DNA of 63,203 bases, counting the filler, from Octopus bimaculoides (lineage: Eukaryota), in the NCBI RefSeq assembly GCF_001194135.2. It is 6 parts of 4 records of this genome, joined end to end, with 100 filler letters (N's around TTAATTAATTAA, not from the genome) between each part and the next. Parts side by side here need not be neighbours in the genome. Positions count along the whole stretch, not along the records: positions 29,317 to 48,051 come from NC_068995.1; positions 48,152 to 50,507 come from NC_068984.1; positions 50,608 to 59,008 come from NC_068983.1; 3 more parts are not named here. One strand, 5' to 3'. The notes below the pieces were generated by a model. That model saw only the letters and a list, made by a program, of their open reading frames with translations. It was not told the DNA's origin and did not search any database. The number at the start of each line of letters is the position of its first letter. Within the stretch, counting starts at the first letter, position 1. Below, piece by piece: positions 40,407 through 53,711 of the stretch. The position numbers and the translations under genes are program-made.

Positions 40407-41236
40407 TAACTTAATCTTTATAAATGTCTTGAAAATTCCACACAACCTTGGTTTTTTTCTTGTCTCATTTTATACAACACACACACATATATATATATAT
40501 ATATANNNNNNNNNNNNNNNNNNNNNNNNNNNNNNNNNNNNNNNNNNNNNNNNNNNNNNNNNNNNNNNNNNNNNNNNNNNNNNNNNNNNNNNNNNNNNNN
40601 NNNNNNNNNNNNNNNNNNNNNNNNNNNNNNNNNNNNNNNNNNNNNNNNNNNNNNNNNNNNNNNNNNNNNNNNNNNNNNNNNNNNNNNNNNNNNNNNNNNN
40701 NNNNNNNNNNNNNNNNNNNNNNNNNNNNNNNNNNNNNNNNNNNNNNNNNNNNNNNNNNNNNNNNNNNNNNNNNNNNNNNNNNNNNNNNNNNNNNNNNNNN
40801 NNNNNNNNNNNNNNNNNNNNNNNNNNNNNNNNNNNNNNNNNNNNNNNNNNNNNNNNNNNNNNNNNNNNNNNNNNNNNNNNNNNNNNNNNNNNNNNNNNNN
40901 NNNNNNNNNNNNNNNNNNNNNNNNNNNNNNNNNNNNNNNNNNNNNNNNNNNNNNNNNNNNNNNNNNNNNNNNNNNNNNNNNNNNNNNNNNNNNNNNNNNN
41001 NNNNNNNNNNNNNNNNNNNNNNNNNNNNNNNNNNNNNNNNNNNNNNNNNNNNNNNNNNNNNNNNNNNNNNNNNNNNNNNNNNNNNNNNNNNNNNNNNNNN
41101 NNNNNNNNNNNNNNNNNNNNNNNNNNNNNNNNNNNNNNNNNNNNNNNNNNNNNNNNNNNNNNNNNNNNNNNNNNNNNNNNNNNNNNNNNNNNNNNNNNNN
41201 NNNNNNNNNNNNNNNNNNNNNNNNNNNNNNNNNNNN

Positions 41237-41267
<31 letters not shown>

Positions 41268-43998
41268 TAGATAGATAGATAGATAGATATGAATGTATAT
41301 ATATATATATTTCCCTATTTCTTTCTTTCTCATACTTACAACATATATGGATATATGGGAACCCACAGGGGTCATGCACATAATGGAAGAAAATTCATTT
41401 GCATCTAACAACGTTACAATGTTCCTTCCGATAAGCTAGAGTATTTGTTATGATGGAAGTGTAAGCGTCTGACAAACCACTTTCCGCCGGCCACTGGTCA
41501 CCTAATAATAAAGACACTAATTTCCTCCAAGATGTAATTCTCCATAATTTTCCTTCATCCTATCAGGATATTGACCCCGAAGGGAATGTTGGCACTCAGC
41601 CATTAATTATATTTAAGGTAATATTTTATCTTAAATTTTCATTGCAATTATTGTGCTAATTTATCACTAGAAATGACTTGAATTTACACGCCTGTCCTTA
41701 AGTTTAATTCCTGTAAAATGTCCCACATTTGCCTATATATCTCTATGCGTACATATGTGTGCGTTCCCTGTTAAATGACACTACAGGAGAAAATTTACCC
41801 TGTTTCATATCCGTCGTTTTTATACGGTCGTAGACAGATAGAAAGAGGTACATGAAGATACTGGCAGAAAGGTAGGACAGAAACAGACTGACATGCAGAG
41901 AGACAGATACCCTTAGTATAAAGATAAATTAAAACAAATAATAAAGAGCCCCTTTCATAGAAATGCTAGAAGTCACATTTGTATAGTAGGCAGAAATGAT
42001 TATCATAAGTTTCTTGCTTATGCATTCCAGCTGTGTTCAGTATAAGGACTTCAACAATCGTCAGGTCAACGATGATGGCTATGAATAATGTGCGAGAGGG
42101 CACAGTAAGAAATGAGAGTATGTTAATTAATTTGGGACACATGTAGATACATATGTTATCACATCTTATACATTTTATTGTTTTTCTAGCAAATCATGTA
42201 ACAGATATCCTCTCGATTTTCACTGTTTCTCACACTATGTAACTTGCTCTACTGGTTTTCAACCAAAGGATTTTTCAAGAAAACACAAAAATTTCACCCG
42301 CTGTGAGTATAAGCAACAGGCATCTGCAAGGAACTTAAAGTAGCTTTTTCTCTTTGATGGAAAGAGACTAAATATAGACAACGAAAGCATTTAGAAAAGT
42401 AGGAAATTATATAAAACGAAAGTTTCCTCACCAGCTGTTCATCAGCTGTTCCTGGCTGTCAAAAAGGGATATCTAGAAACGATCAGGATCAAAGATCACC
42501 GGAGAACAGAATAACTTCGAGAGCTAAAAGAAAACGAACAAATACAGGCCAACTGTGAAGAAATACAACACTGAGAAAATAAGACATTTCAAAATTAGTA
42601 GTTAGAATAATAGAACTTCAACAGAAATAAAGGATCCGAGGAAAATAGTAGAATACACAAGTAGAAGATACTAGACCAAGGTTCCATGCAATGGGACTGA
42701 ACCCGGTACCATTAAAGCAAAAGAAAACCTAAATAATAGTTTTCTTAAAATGAATTATTTCACATTCACAATGATTCTAAATTCTTATGGCTTCAAATAT
42801 ATCCAATTCTTGTTGGTAAAAATATACCTTCTAAAATGGATAGGAGAATTCAGATGATCGCTTCGGTCCGATGATAGAAAGACTGCCCTGGTTACAGGAG
42901 ATATGGGTTCGAGTTCACGAACAGACTTCGACTCTTTTGAGCGAAAGGGTTTTCAACCCTATGATTACAGACTATTATTTATACCTTTATTTCTTTAGAG
43001 ATTCACCGTCCCTAAGAAAATATAGATAGATAGATAGGTGTAACAATAGAACGATTTGAGCTTTAAATATCCTCTTCAGGTCTGCATCCCATATAATATT
43101 GACACTTCATTCTGAAATGTCCTGTTCTACATTGAAGTATCACGAACTTCATTTTCGTTATAACGCACAGCAGAGTAATTCGAATATATGGTGACTGAAA
43201 GAAAAAAAGGAGGACAATAATAAATATCCTTTTAGGTTTATAGATTTATCCAATTCGATATCAACTTCACATTCATTATGCTAATGTTACAATTTAAAAC
43301 CTTTAGTTTTGTTCAACTCAACCATTTCGAAACAAACGTCTGCATCTATGCTATGACAATAGTGATAAATATTAAAGATCTTATTTCAGTAAAAAAAAAA
43401 TGGAAAAACATGGTCGAGTAGTATGATGTTTAGTATCACCGCTTGTCACAAGATTGCCGGGAAATGGTTACTCGCCGGGTGGCATACATTCCTTCAAAAT
43501 CATGCCTCAAAATGACATAGAATTTCTCTCTTTGTTTCTGTCCTTTTTCCCAAGGCTTGGCCATACACTTTCTTGTTCCTTTTGTTTTCTCAGTTTTCGC
43601 CTGTACTCATTTAACCATTTCATATTTATCTTTACTTTGTTTCGTCTCTGCTATCGTCTCTCATCCATCAAAAATTAATTAACAACACTTCCTCTGTTCG
43701 GGTGTGTCACTTCATTGAACCTTGCAAACAGAATCGAATGGTGATGGGCAAGTTTTTTCTACTATTAGTAGTCAGTAGTAGCCTTAGTGGCGAGGCTACA
43801 CATTCCTTATTTCGGATAAGAGATCGCACGAAAATTCTTCGGTTGTTCCATCTGCATCTGTGTTGTACTTTTGTGCCTCTTCCTTTATAACAATATCTGC
43901 GCGACTGTGGTTGTGTATGCGTGTGCGGCTCGCATTCGAATGTGTGTGTGCGTGTATTTGTGTGCGTGCGCGTGTGTCCGTGTGTGCGCGCATATTTC

Positions 43999-44117
<119 letters not shown>

Positions 44118-45369
44118 CGCTAATATGTGTGGCTATTACTATGTAAATGTAATATGTAGGTATAATTATTTGGCATTTAATAAAATTGTCATATTTGATT
44201 TATTTACTTCTTGCTGCCATTCAGTGTTCTCCAAGAAAAGATACAGAGAACATTGATGCATGTGAACTATATAGCTGTCACCATGCAAAGAGACATTTAA
44301 ATAGTGAATTATTTAAATAAACCGGCAACACAGACTATTCATTTTGTTTTACACTTTATCTGAAATTTTCCAATTCAGAAGACATTTTCCAATCCTTTTC
44401 TCTAAATGGAAATCCTTTCTATTTGATTGCTTCAGACATATATATGTCGCCGCCGTCACCACTAGCCCTTCAACATAAAGAGACGTTAATATAAATGGTC
44501 ATAAATCTTTGAGAATAATTGTCTATAGATATTAATTCGTTTTATATTACACGTTTATAAATGGTTTAAGTGGGTTTATCAATAGGATACTAGACAGTAT
44601 TTTTCCCCATATGAACGGTGTGCAAATATAAACAGACACACATACAAACATTTGCAGATAAATCGAGACAGCTATATTTACACACATTCATACACATAAG
44701 CACACGCATTCAGAAACACACACGCTTATTTGCGCATACTCTTGTGTCCTTTGAGTTTGAGTGTGTGTATTTACATAGTGAATTACACATATTTTTTTGT
44801 TACTCTTTGCATATTTAAAATTGCACAGCACCTTGGAGATTGACATGGATAAAAAAAAGAGTAAAAAAATATATACGAAAATGTATTGGAAAATTGTGCT
44901 ATGAAAGTTAGTATTATTGACTCAACTATTAAAATAGTATTTTCATTTTATCTTTCATTTTATGTAACTTGTTATTTTTCTTATCTTCCATATCTCTTAT
45001 TTTCAATGTCACAATTATGTCTCGTGAACGATGGATTATGGTAATGTCAGAAATAGCTAACGTAAGTGGTGTACAGCGGAGGGAGAAGGAAGATGTATGT
45101 GTTGGCAATGAAATGTAATTTCCTTGACATTAATGAAGAATCTATCGGAATCGCATGGAAAGGTTTTGATCATTAATGGAGAAAATTAAAATGAAGAAGA
45201 CAGTTTCATTCTCAGTAGTAGTGAAGGTGAATAATTGCTTGAGTTTTAAAAATAAATTCTAAGAAGAAGAAAGCAAAAAGAAAACAGCTGGTGAATGAAG
45301 GGGATGGAATGAGTTATAACAAATGTGAAAGAAACGCTAAAGAAAGAAAGAACATGAGATAGAAAAAAG

Positions 45370-45530
<161 letters not shown>

Positions 45531-46614
45531 GGTTTGCATGTCTCAGAAAATCTGACAGTGAATATGAGAGGCTGAAAAATAGTTTCCACTACTACTGAAT
45601 GCATGTAATGTTAGAAAGTAACAACTTGAATGAAAAGGAGAAAAATTACCATTATATTGAAGCGAAAAGTACTTTTGTGTTGATATCTGTAAATGAATTG
45701 AAGCGATTGAACTATTCTTGAAAACTGTCGTATATGCATGAATACGAACTAATGGGCATATTTAAGAACGGTGAAGCCCAGACAAGAAAGATTCGATTGC
45801 CTGCGGGGAAAGAGTGTCTTAGCATTCGGACAATCTTGTTTTTATCAGAGAAGAATATGTGTTCATAAATGACGTTGTTGAATAACTTATAGAATAGTTA
45901 AGTAGAAAGGAAATTTTTGCTGAAAGTGAAAACTGACATATCTTCAGTTTGTTATTACTGTTCTGCTGTCTTCAGGGGAGGGATACATTCACTGTATAGG
46001 TCTTTTTGTTCGTTGTATTTCTATATCGGTCGAAATATTTCCATGATTTGATATAACTGTAAGTACATTTATGTATCGACTAATTTTCTCATATTTATAT
46101 TTAGATATTGACATTTTCCAGAGCATGTTTACAGATTATTTAAGTGTGTGTATAGCTTTATTTAATAGGATGTAGAGGATATATTTTCGAAAATTTTAAA
46201 TGTGTCAAGGGTTTCTATATCATTATTAATGCTCTACTTTTCCTATATCATTATTGTATAGTACTAGACACGTTGATATCGTTTAGACTACGCCAATTAT
46301 TGTTTGTGTCGTCATCCAAAATCTAATGGTTAGCATTTCTTTCCTAGTTACTCTTCTTTAGCACCACTCTCAAAACTGACTGAGCAAAAAAGACTAAACT
46401 CAATGCAATTATGACTATCATTGATTTTATATTTATATGTTGTGTGTTAGTGTTCTTCTCAGATTAAGTGGGCCTTAATTTTAAGATACAGATATTTTCA
46501 GGAGTTTCAGAAAGCACAGAGAAAATCGATCGTTAGTTCATGGTTTTCTTGCAATAAAATGGGCGGCTCGATTCGTACCAATAGATTGTTATAGTTTAAA
46601 TCTAACTATATATA

Positions 46615-46836
46615 CAGTAATCCCTTGCCATATCCTGTTCACTAATCGCGATTTATCATTTAAGCATACGTCGATTCCTCCATGGTGTTGTTTTACATTT
46701 ATAATATAATAAATATACGCAAATTCTAAAAATAACAAAGAGAAATACACAATACAGTTATGTTTCTACTTCGCGGATTTTCACCTATCGCAGGGTGTTT
46801 TGGAATGTAACACCCAGGAGAGTCGAAGGGTTACTG
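46615..46836. mobile_element. Tigger/pogo-like MITE
   Basis: TA|cagtaatcccttg ... cgaagggttactg|TA; internal cacctatcgc / cttcgcggattttc motifs typical of the family. Confidence 0.7.
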
Positions 46837-47988
46837 TAATTACAATTATGTTATATTGTTGATGTTGCAATTGTATAGACTTAAACAAGCCATGTTACAT
46901 CAAATCCATTTCACTTGCGGTCATCATTTTGTGTATCCAAAACAATTTTTGCCAATGTGTGCTTAAATATTTTTAATCGGTAGATTTTGAGTTGAAGAAA
47001 ATTTAACTGCTATTTCTAACAAGTTGGTCGTTACTGTACTATTAAGAATAGGTGTATATGTGTGTATGTGTGTATGTGTGTAGGTGTGTAGGTGTGTACA
47101 CTATGATGCGTCTACATTATAATTTCATGCAAGTATAGATAATAATCATCCTCAACTGATGTGAGATGAAAGTTGCAATCAGCATTTGTGGGGTTTGATT
47201 ACATAATAATACGCATACACATACAGGCATAGACACACACATAATTGTAAAAGACTAACGCAGAAATGATTCTTTCTGGAACGGAATTTTGATATAATCC
47301 GTAATCAGTATCTTACCTACTTATTAAGAACATATCAGAAAACTGAAGCTGTCATTTGATCCCATCACTCATTCAGTAACAATGTAGTAAATTATGTTGA
47401 TAGGAAATTTGAGCGTTAGTCAGGAGAAATGACACAACTAGCAACAGTAACATAAAGAATGAGTTAAGGAAATTACCCAAAGTCCCGTTTTGCATGAAAA
47501 CCCTTTAGGTGAATGGGAGATAATGTAACTGAAGTAACGAACCAAACTAATTTTAACTAATTAAAATTACGCAGTAATCTAATGAGTCTTGTTTGCAGGA
47601 TCAATGAAAGCACAGCATAGAATGGACAAGCTAAATAGCAAATGACGGAAATGTAAGCAGCTTCACGTGATTTTTGCTTCAACCGCATAACATTAGAAAT
47701 AAAGATGTAAGTATAAACTATACATGCATCGATGTATGTATTCAGCCCTCAGTTGAATATAAACCAATAAGAAATTGGTCAACTTTACAGTATGATGCAT
47801 ATAGAAAAATACCCAGGCCCCCGAATATATGCAAAGTTCAGTTTGACAGGACGTTGCATGCGATTATATATGAAAATGAAGTACCTGGGCAAGTGTGTGT
47901 ACGTCTTGTGGGTGAATCTCGTTATTGAAAACTGTGTGAAACGCCATCATGTAAATATATATGTGTGTGGGGGGGGATATACATACAT

Positions 47989-48051
<63 letters not shown>

Positions 48052-48219
48052 NNNNNNNNNNNNNNNNNNNNNNNNNNNNNNNNNNNNNNNNNNNNTTAAT
48101 TAATTAANNNNNNNNNNNNNNNNNNNNNNNNNNNNNNNNNNNNNNNNNNNNATATATATATATATATACTTATAGCTCTTAATTTTTGCTTCATTAATTT
48201 CAATGTCTTCTCTCCACAG

Positions 48220-48340
48220 TTTCCAAAGTAAACTGGAGTCCTGTTATTCACAATGACTTCATTGCTGTGTTCCCAACCCAACCTATGATTGGTGACGATG
48301 TCTATCTGGAATGTTTTGCTCAAGGATCATCGGATGATTC
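48220..48340 (+). CDS. CNTN: Internal exon of a contactin-like Ig-superfamily cell adhesion gene (start of an Ig domain)
   Basis: Acceptor ttctctccacag| and donor |gtaaga bracket a 121-bp open exon (phase 1 to phase 2) reading (x)SKVNWSPVIHNDFIAVFPTQPMIGDDVYLECFAQGSSDD(S). This matches from memory the invertebrate contactin Ig3 start (Drosophila FANTFPKVFPEAPVAGDEIRLECMAFG). No adjoining exons were found; family assignment is unverified by search. Confidence 0.7.
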
Positions 48341-49816
48341 GTAAGACTTTTGTGCTCTCTTCGTAAATTTTCATGTCTCGGTAAACTGTCTGAATTATGG
48401 CGTTCCACCCTATGGTTCAACATTTAAAATCTTGTCTCTACCATATCAAATAGCCTTTATTATTATACGCATTACGACTTATAGAAGCTTACTAATTACT
48501 GTAAGAAATGCCAAGTACTGCGACATTAATTATTGTTTCATGACCTTGAAATATTTGTTTCATCTCCATGCATGGCTTTAATGGAATTTCGGATTACATC
48601 CTATGACCTTTTGAAAGGCAGTAGTGTATGATTTTAAAAGAGACTCGGATCCCGTAGTCGCTGGACCTACTAGCAGGTTGAGTGACTACGTAAAAGATTT
48701 TTTTGTTGATTTTCGATGGTTGAAATATTTAGAAGTAGAAGACATTTTATGACGTTCATCCCCTTTTCAATGACACTAGCGACGTCAGTGAAATGAAATA
48801 ACTCTTCATATCGATTTCATCCACTGATATGATATTATAGAAACGAATGCTGGCATCTGGTAGTGAGGCTAGTAGTGGTTGTGGAGTGGGATAGTAGTGG
48901 TAGTGGTGGTTCCTAATGCTTTGTTGTTCGTCAAGGCTTTGGCGATTTATTTTTTGATGATTTATTTTTGAAGTCGGTAGTACTGGTGGCGCATGGTTCG
49001 GTAGTTAGAGCGTCGGGCTTCTCAATCATGAAGTAGTGAGTTCGGTTCCTGGATCGAGCTGTGTGTTGTGTTCTTCAGAAAGACATTCTATTTCGCGGTG
49101 CTCCATTTCACTCAGCAGTAGAAATGAGTTGCGACATCACTAGTGTCAAACTGTATCAGTCTTTGCCTTTCTCTTGGATAAAATCGGTGGCGTGGAGAAG
49201 GGAGGCTGATATGCATGGGCGACTGCTGGTCTTCCATAAACAACCTTGGATGGACTTGTACCTCGGAAGGAAACTTTCCAGGTGCATTCCCATGGTCATT
49301 CATAGCCGAAGGGGGTCTTTACCCTTTACTACTGATTGCTGCTGTTGTTATTGTTGTTGTCGGCAGGGATTTCCCTTGTCACTACTACTCACATTTTGAC
49401 CATTAACATATTATTATGGGATAGGGGCGCTTTAGGCAAGGGTCGACATATGCTCTTCTAAGGTACAGATACGGTGTGTAAATTTCGGCAGCAGATGAAT
49501 CGTACCAAACTAGATCAATATGAGAGAACAAAAAATAAACCAAAATTGGCCTTGTGCAAAAATGAATCTTATGTAAACTTCAATATATCGTTGGGAATTA
49601 AGTCTTTTAGCAGCGTCGGAAAAAGTGCTTTCCCATATTTGTTCCCATCCTTTACATTCCGAGTTAAAATCCTACCTAAATCAACTGTGCGTTCCATCCT
49701 ATCGGATCGATGAAATAAAACACTAGTCGAGTACTAGGGTCGATGTAATCGACTTCCCATCTTCTCATAAACTGCTAGCTCTATGTCAAAATTTGAAACA
49801 TTATTATTATTATTAA

Positions 49817-49875
<59 letters not shown>

Positions 49876-50164
49876 GCATCTTCTTTCAATTCTGTTTCCA
49901 TTTCTTGCCGAGTGTCTTCCTGTATACATTGGTAGGCCACTAAAATAAACACACTAGATTGTTCATTTACAAAGTCATGTGACAGAGAAAAGGGGGAAGA
50001 CAAAGAAAAAGGAAAAAATAAAAAATGAAAAAGTAAACAAATAAAATAAGGAGGGGAAAAAGGAAACAAAATTGATAGCGACAATGCTCTTTTCAATACG
50101 TGTGACGTACCAGTTACCTTCTCTACGCGTGACGTACGAGTTATTATCATTATCATTATTATTA

Positions 50165-50507
50165 TTATTTTATGTTTGACTTTTGTTTTGCATTTGTACA
50201 AGTTGGATCCAAGTCTCACCCAGAGGCCTCAAGAGACAACAAGTTAGAAGTTCATGTAGGTGTTATGCCTAGGGTACCATATATTTGGATTTGTACAGTT
50301 TTATTCAAGTGAATGTTTAAGAAACCATAAGAAAATTATGTGTTTGCTTTAAAATTTGAGATCACATAGACAGTATTTTACGTAGGATATGGGCTGTTCC
50401 CATGAGCACTATCTTTTGAACTTCAGCCATTTTGGGGTTTCCTGGAATCTGATCTAGGTAGTAATCAGCCCGTTTCGCTGTCATTCCCAGGGCACCTATG
50501 ACAATAG
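50165..50507 (-). mobile_element. Dong/R4-like element 3' end
   Basis: Minus strand IVIGALGMTAKRADYYLDQIPGNPKMAEVQKIVLMGTAHILRKILSM* (stop 50362-50364), ~200-bp 3' UTR, then a (TAA)n tract at 50141-50168. Confidence 0.75.
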
Positions 50508-50608
50508 NNNNNNNNNNNNNNNNNNNNNNNNNNNNNNNNNNNNNNNNNNNNTTAATTAATTAANNNNNNNNNNNNNNNNNNNNNNNNNNNNNNNNNNNNN
50601 NNNNNNNA

Positions 50609-50968
50609 AGACTTGCTAATAGAAATTGAAAAAATGTGGCACCTCAAGGCGACTACCATACCAGTGATTGTAGGATCTCTAGGAATGATAAAAAAAGGTA
50701 CTGAAATCTATTTGAAAATGATACCAGGCTTACCATCTCTACAGGAGGTGCAAAAAATCGTGCTAACTGGAACGACTCATGTACTAAGAAGAGCATTATC
50801 GCTGTGAAAACAACATCCATTCATGATTTTTTTTTCTTAAATACATGTTTTACCTATGAATTTGCGTGTGTAAATTGGGAATGCATACAACGTTTCTCTG
50901 CCCTAGGTGTACGGAAAACACTCGGCGAGAAATGGGAAAAAATTTGAAGAAAGAAGAAAAAATATATA
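50609..50968 (+). mobile_element. Dong/R4-like element 3' end (second subfamily)
   Basis: LLIEIEKMWHLKATTIPVIVGSLGMIKKGTEIYLKMIPGLPSLQEVQKIVLTGTTHVLRRALSL* to 50807, different 3' UTR, followed by TAA-rich tract 50969-51033. Confidence 0.75.
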
Positions 50969-52282
50969 TAATTATAATAATAATAAAAAAAATATTAATA
51001 ATAATAATAACAATAACAATAATAATAATAATAAGACACGCACTGGCTCAATTTCACTTCTGTATTGTTATCTTTATCTAACAATAAATAAGTTGAATTG
51101 AACCTGAGCTTGCGTTATTATTATTGTCTCCCAAGAGACAACATGATGCATACAGGAGAACAAAGTAATCACTTTCATATGGACTCGAGTCTCTAAAGAT
51201 CGAGTTTCAATGGACTCCTAAGTTCATTATAATTATCATAATGACTAGCCTAAAGTGGATATATTCTCTTATTACGTCTCAAACAACCCCAAGTAACGCA
51301 AATTCAATAAAAACTGAAGTTAAGACGTATTGTATTCAACAACCAGGCAGTGTCACAGTACATTCAAGAATCACTTTATGCTCAAATTACAGCATACGTT
51401 TGGGAGTAGGTGAGACATAGCCATTAATTTTGTGAAGCTTCCTTACGTTGATGAGCATTTTCCATGTCATTCACGCAAAAGCTAGTAGTTCACTTCCAGA
51501 AAATGCTTCTATAAACTGCGTCACTGTTTCACATGAATGTAATTCTCACAAGTACATAATGATGTGTTAATGCTGGATATAGAGAAACTCTTCAGAATCA
51601 CGATCAAATAAATAAAGTTAAATTCGGGATAGCAAATTTTCATTCACCAATATACAACAAGCATTAATACATTGGTGCTTGGCATCTTTTAGTACTACCA
51701 CAACAATTTCTATCCTTTACTACACCGATGCAGCTAATGACTCCTACTGTGTCTTACTGAAAATCTGCGCTGAAGGATTTCTCCATGACTTACCTCCAAG
51801 CACTCGTCTCAAGGAATTTCAACAGGCAACGAACTCTATAAAGTTTCAAACGCATATAAATTGCAATTAATTCAAGAATCTGAGAGTACGAATGAAAACC
51901 GAAGTAACATATTTTATCTTCAAATGCAAAATAAAGTAAGGATCAATGTAATATTAGTTTTACATGACAAGATCTACACTCTTCAAATGAAGGATCTTTG
52001 ATTAAATGGTAGTATCTCTGGCGTTAACATCGGTGAAGCTTTGAGTTTTAAATAACTTACAACTCCACAATAGAATCAATGTATGTGAATCCTGAACCTA
52101 TGTGGTATATCGGCTACGCGAATGCAATACGTTCGCTCTCAACAAGATCTACGGCTGCACCAACCTAATTTTTACCCTTTTCATCAACTTCAGTGTTATC
52201 TTCATTATCAGCAATAACACAACAACCATCAATATCAACAGCAACAATTAATTAAATCTCAATATTACGTTTCTCGTAAGAC

Positions 52283-52500
52283 AGCGAGCTGACAGAATCG
52301 CAGCACGCCGGGTAAAATGTTTAATGGCACTTCGTCCGTCTTTACATTCTGAGTTCAAATACCACCAAGGTCGATTTTGTCTTTCATCCTTTCAGAAGTC
52401 GATAAAATTAGTACCAGCCGAACTCTGGGATCGATGTAATCGACGACTTACCCTCTCCCCCAAGCCTGCTGTCCTTGAGTCAAACTTTCAAGTCAATATT
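52283..52500 (+). mobile_element. tRNA-derived SINE family C (Meta-domain-like)
   Basis: gagctgacagaatcgcagcacgccggg..ttctgagttcaaat..ggtcgattttgtctttcatcctttc..gtcgataaaattagtaccag..gatgtaatcgac. Older copies at 5670-5830, 12860-13035, 17650-17925, 18140-18395, 24480-24660, 49640-49800, 58775-58990. Confidence 0.7.
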
Positions 52501-52823
52501 CCTTTCTCGTAAAACTAGGAGTTATGGTTTTTGAGCACAAATCCCGTCAAAGTCAATTTTGTCATTCACCTTTACGGATTCGACAAAGTAAGCAGCAGTT
52601 AGTTACTGAGATCGATATGTTCTACTGTTTGTTCCTTTAAAATTTGAGGCCTTATGCAATGATATTCTTACGCAAGCGAGAGCCACAGAGAATCCTATCC
52701 ATGATTGCTTGATCTGCTGGTAGGAGGAGCCAGACAAATTTCATATCATGCCCATCAGGTTTTCAGAAGATACAGTGTTGGATCTGAATGCAACTGTTCC
52801 AATAACGTTTGGGGGACAAATCC

Positions 52824-52858
<35 letters not shown>

Positions 52859-52921
52859 GTAAATGTAAAACGATGAAATGCATACATATATATATGCGCG
52901 CATATATATGTATGTGTGTCT

Positions 52922-52954
<33 letters not shown>

Positions 52955-53324
52955 TGTGTGTGTGTGTGTATGTATGTTTCTATGTAGTGGATATTTACGG
53001 CTACAATTCTTTTGATCTCGAGAATAATATATTAAGGATGAACGAGGGTTAATCAATAACAAAAATAACACTAATTACTTGAATTTTTACATGGTTACTA
53101 ATAATGATTTTAGTGAAAACATGAAGTACGACTTATTTTGAAGTATTTTCGCAGAAGGCCAAGTGACATCAGGGAAATGTGAGTGAGAAAGAGGAATATA
53201 GATTCAGTAATCTAACAATTCACAACTTCTTTAGATCTTTACTTTTATGTTAATCTCAATGGATAATGTCATGCAGGATCATGATGATAAATAAATTTCA
53301 GATTTAACAATGTGTGTTTCGGAA

Positions 53325-53401
<77 letters not shown>

Positions 53402-53711
53402 TGTGTTCGTTTAAACATACACACACATACTTCTATTTGGGTTGAAGTGATTTCTCTTTACTTACACCAGTAATGTATTGTGGTAGGCAAAGATAATGTA
53501 AGTAAAGTAATATATTAAAACGATATAGTGAATAAAATTTCTTATTCAACTTTAGCCAGAATCCATTGTATTAAGTTAAAAGTCAAAAGAATTCAACGTA
53601 ACTTTCAAGTAAATGAATATTAGTGAACGTAATATACATTTACTTTCTATATTTCTTACTCCCCGTTAACAAACATGCAGGTTCACTGGCTACACACAAC
53701 ACACACATATA

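Larger units (their letters stand above)
36984..40478 (-). mobile_element. 5'-truncated Penelope-like element (GIY-YIG remnant) bracketed by inverted pLTRs
   Basis: Minus strand 39520-38560: ..HKYYSIFNRSTLKLSYSSLPNSKSIITTSNKRK..CSCRPGTICPLQSHCRRSNIVYTC..YIGSTMNFKQRYATHLNSF..TLASHIHHLR..CMLCLKE (PLE linker and GIY-YIG). 36984-37343 is an inverted repeat (~85% identical by eye) of 40101-40478; both arms carry a hammerhead motif. Confidence 0.85.

Noticed and set aside
43738-43890. Signal-peptide-like ORF MVMGKFFLLLVVSSSLSGEA
   Set aside because: No convincing donor site or downstream homology; hydrophobic ORFs are common in T-rich DNA.
47755-47895. Possible contactin exon (RKIPRPP resembles RIPRGP)
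   Set aside because: Weak splice donor, similarity limited to a few residues, and domain order would skip two Ig domains.
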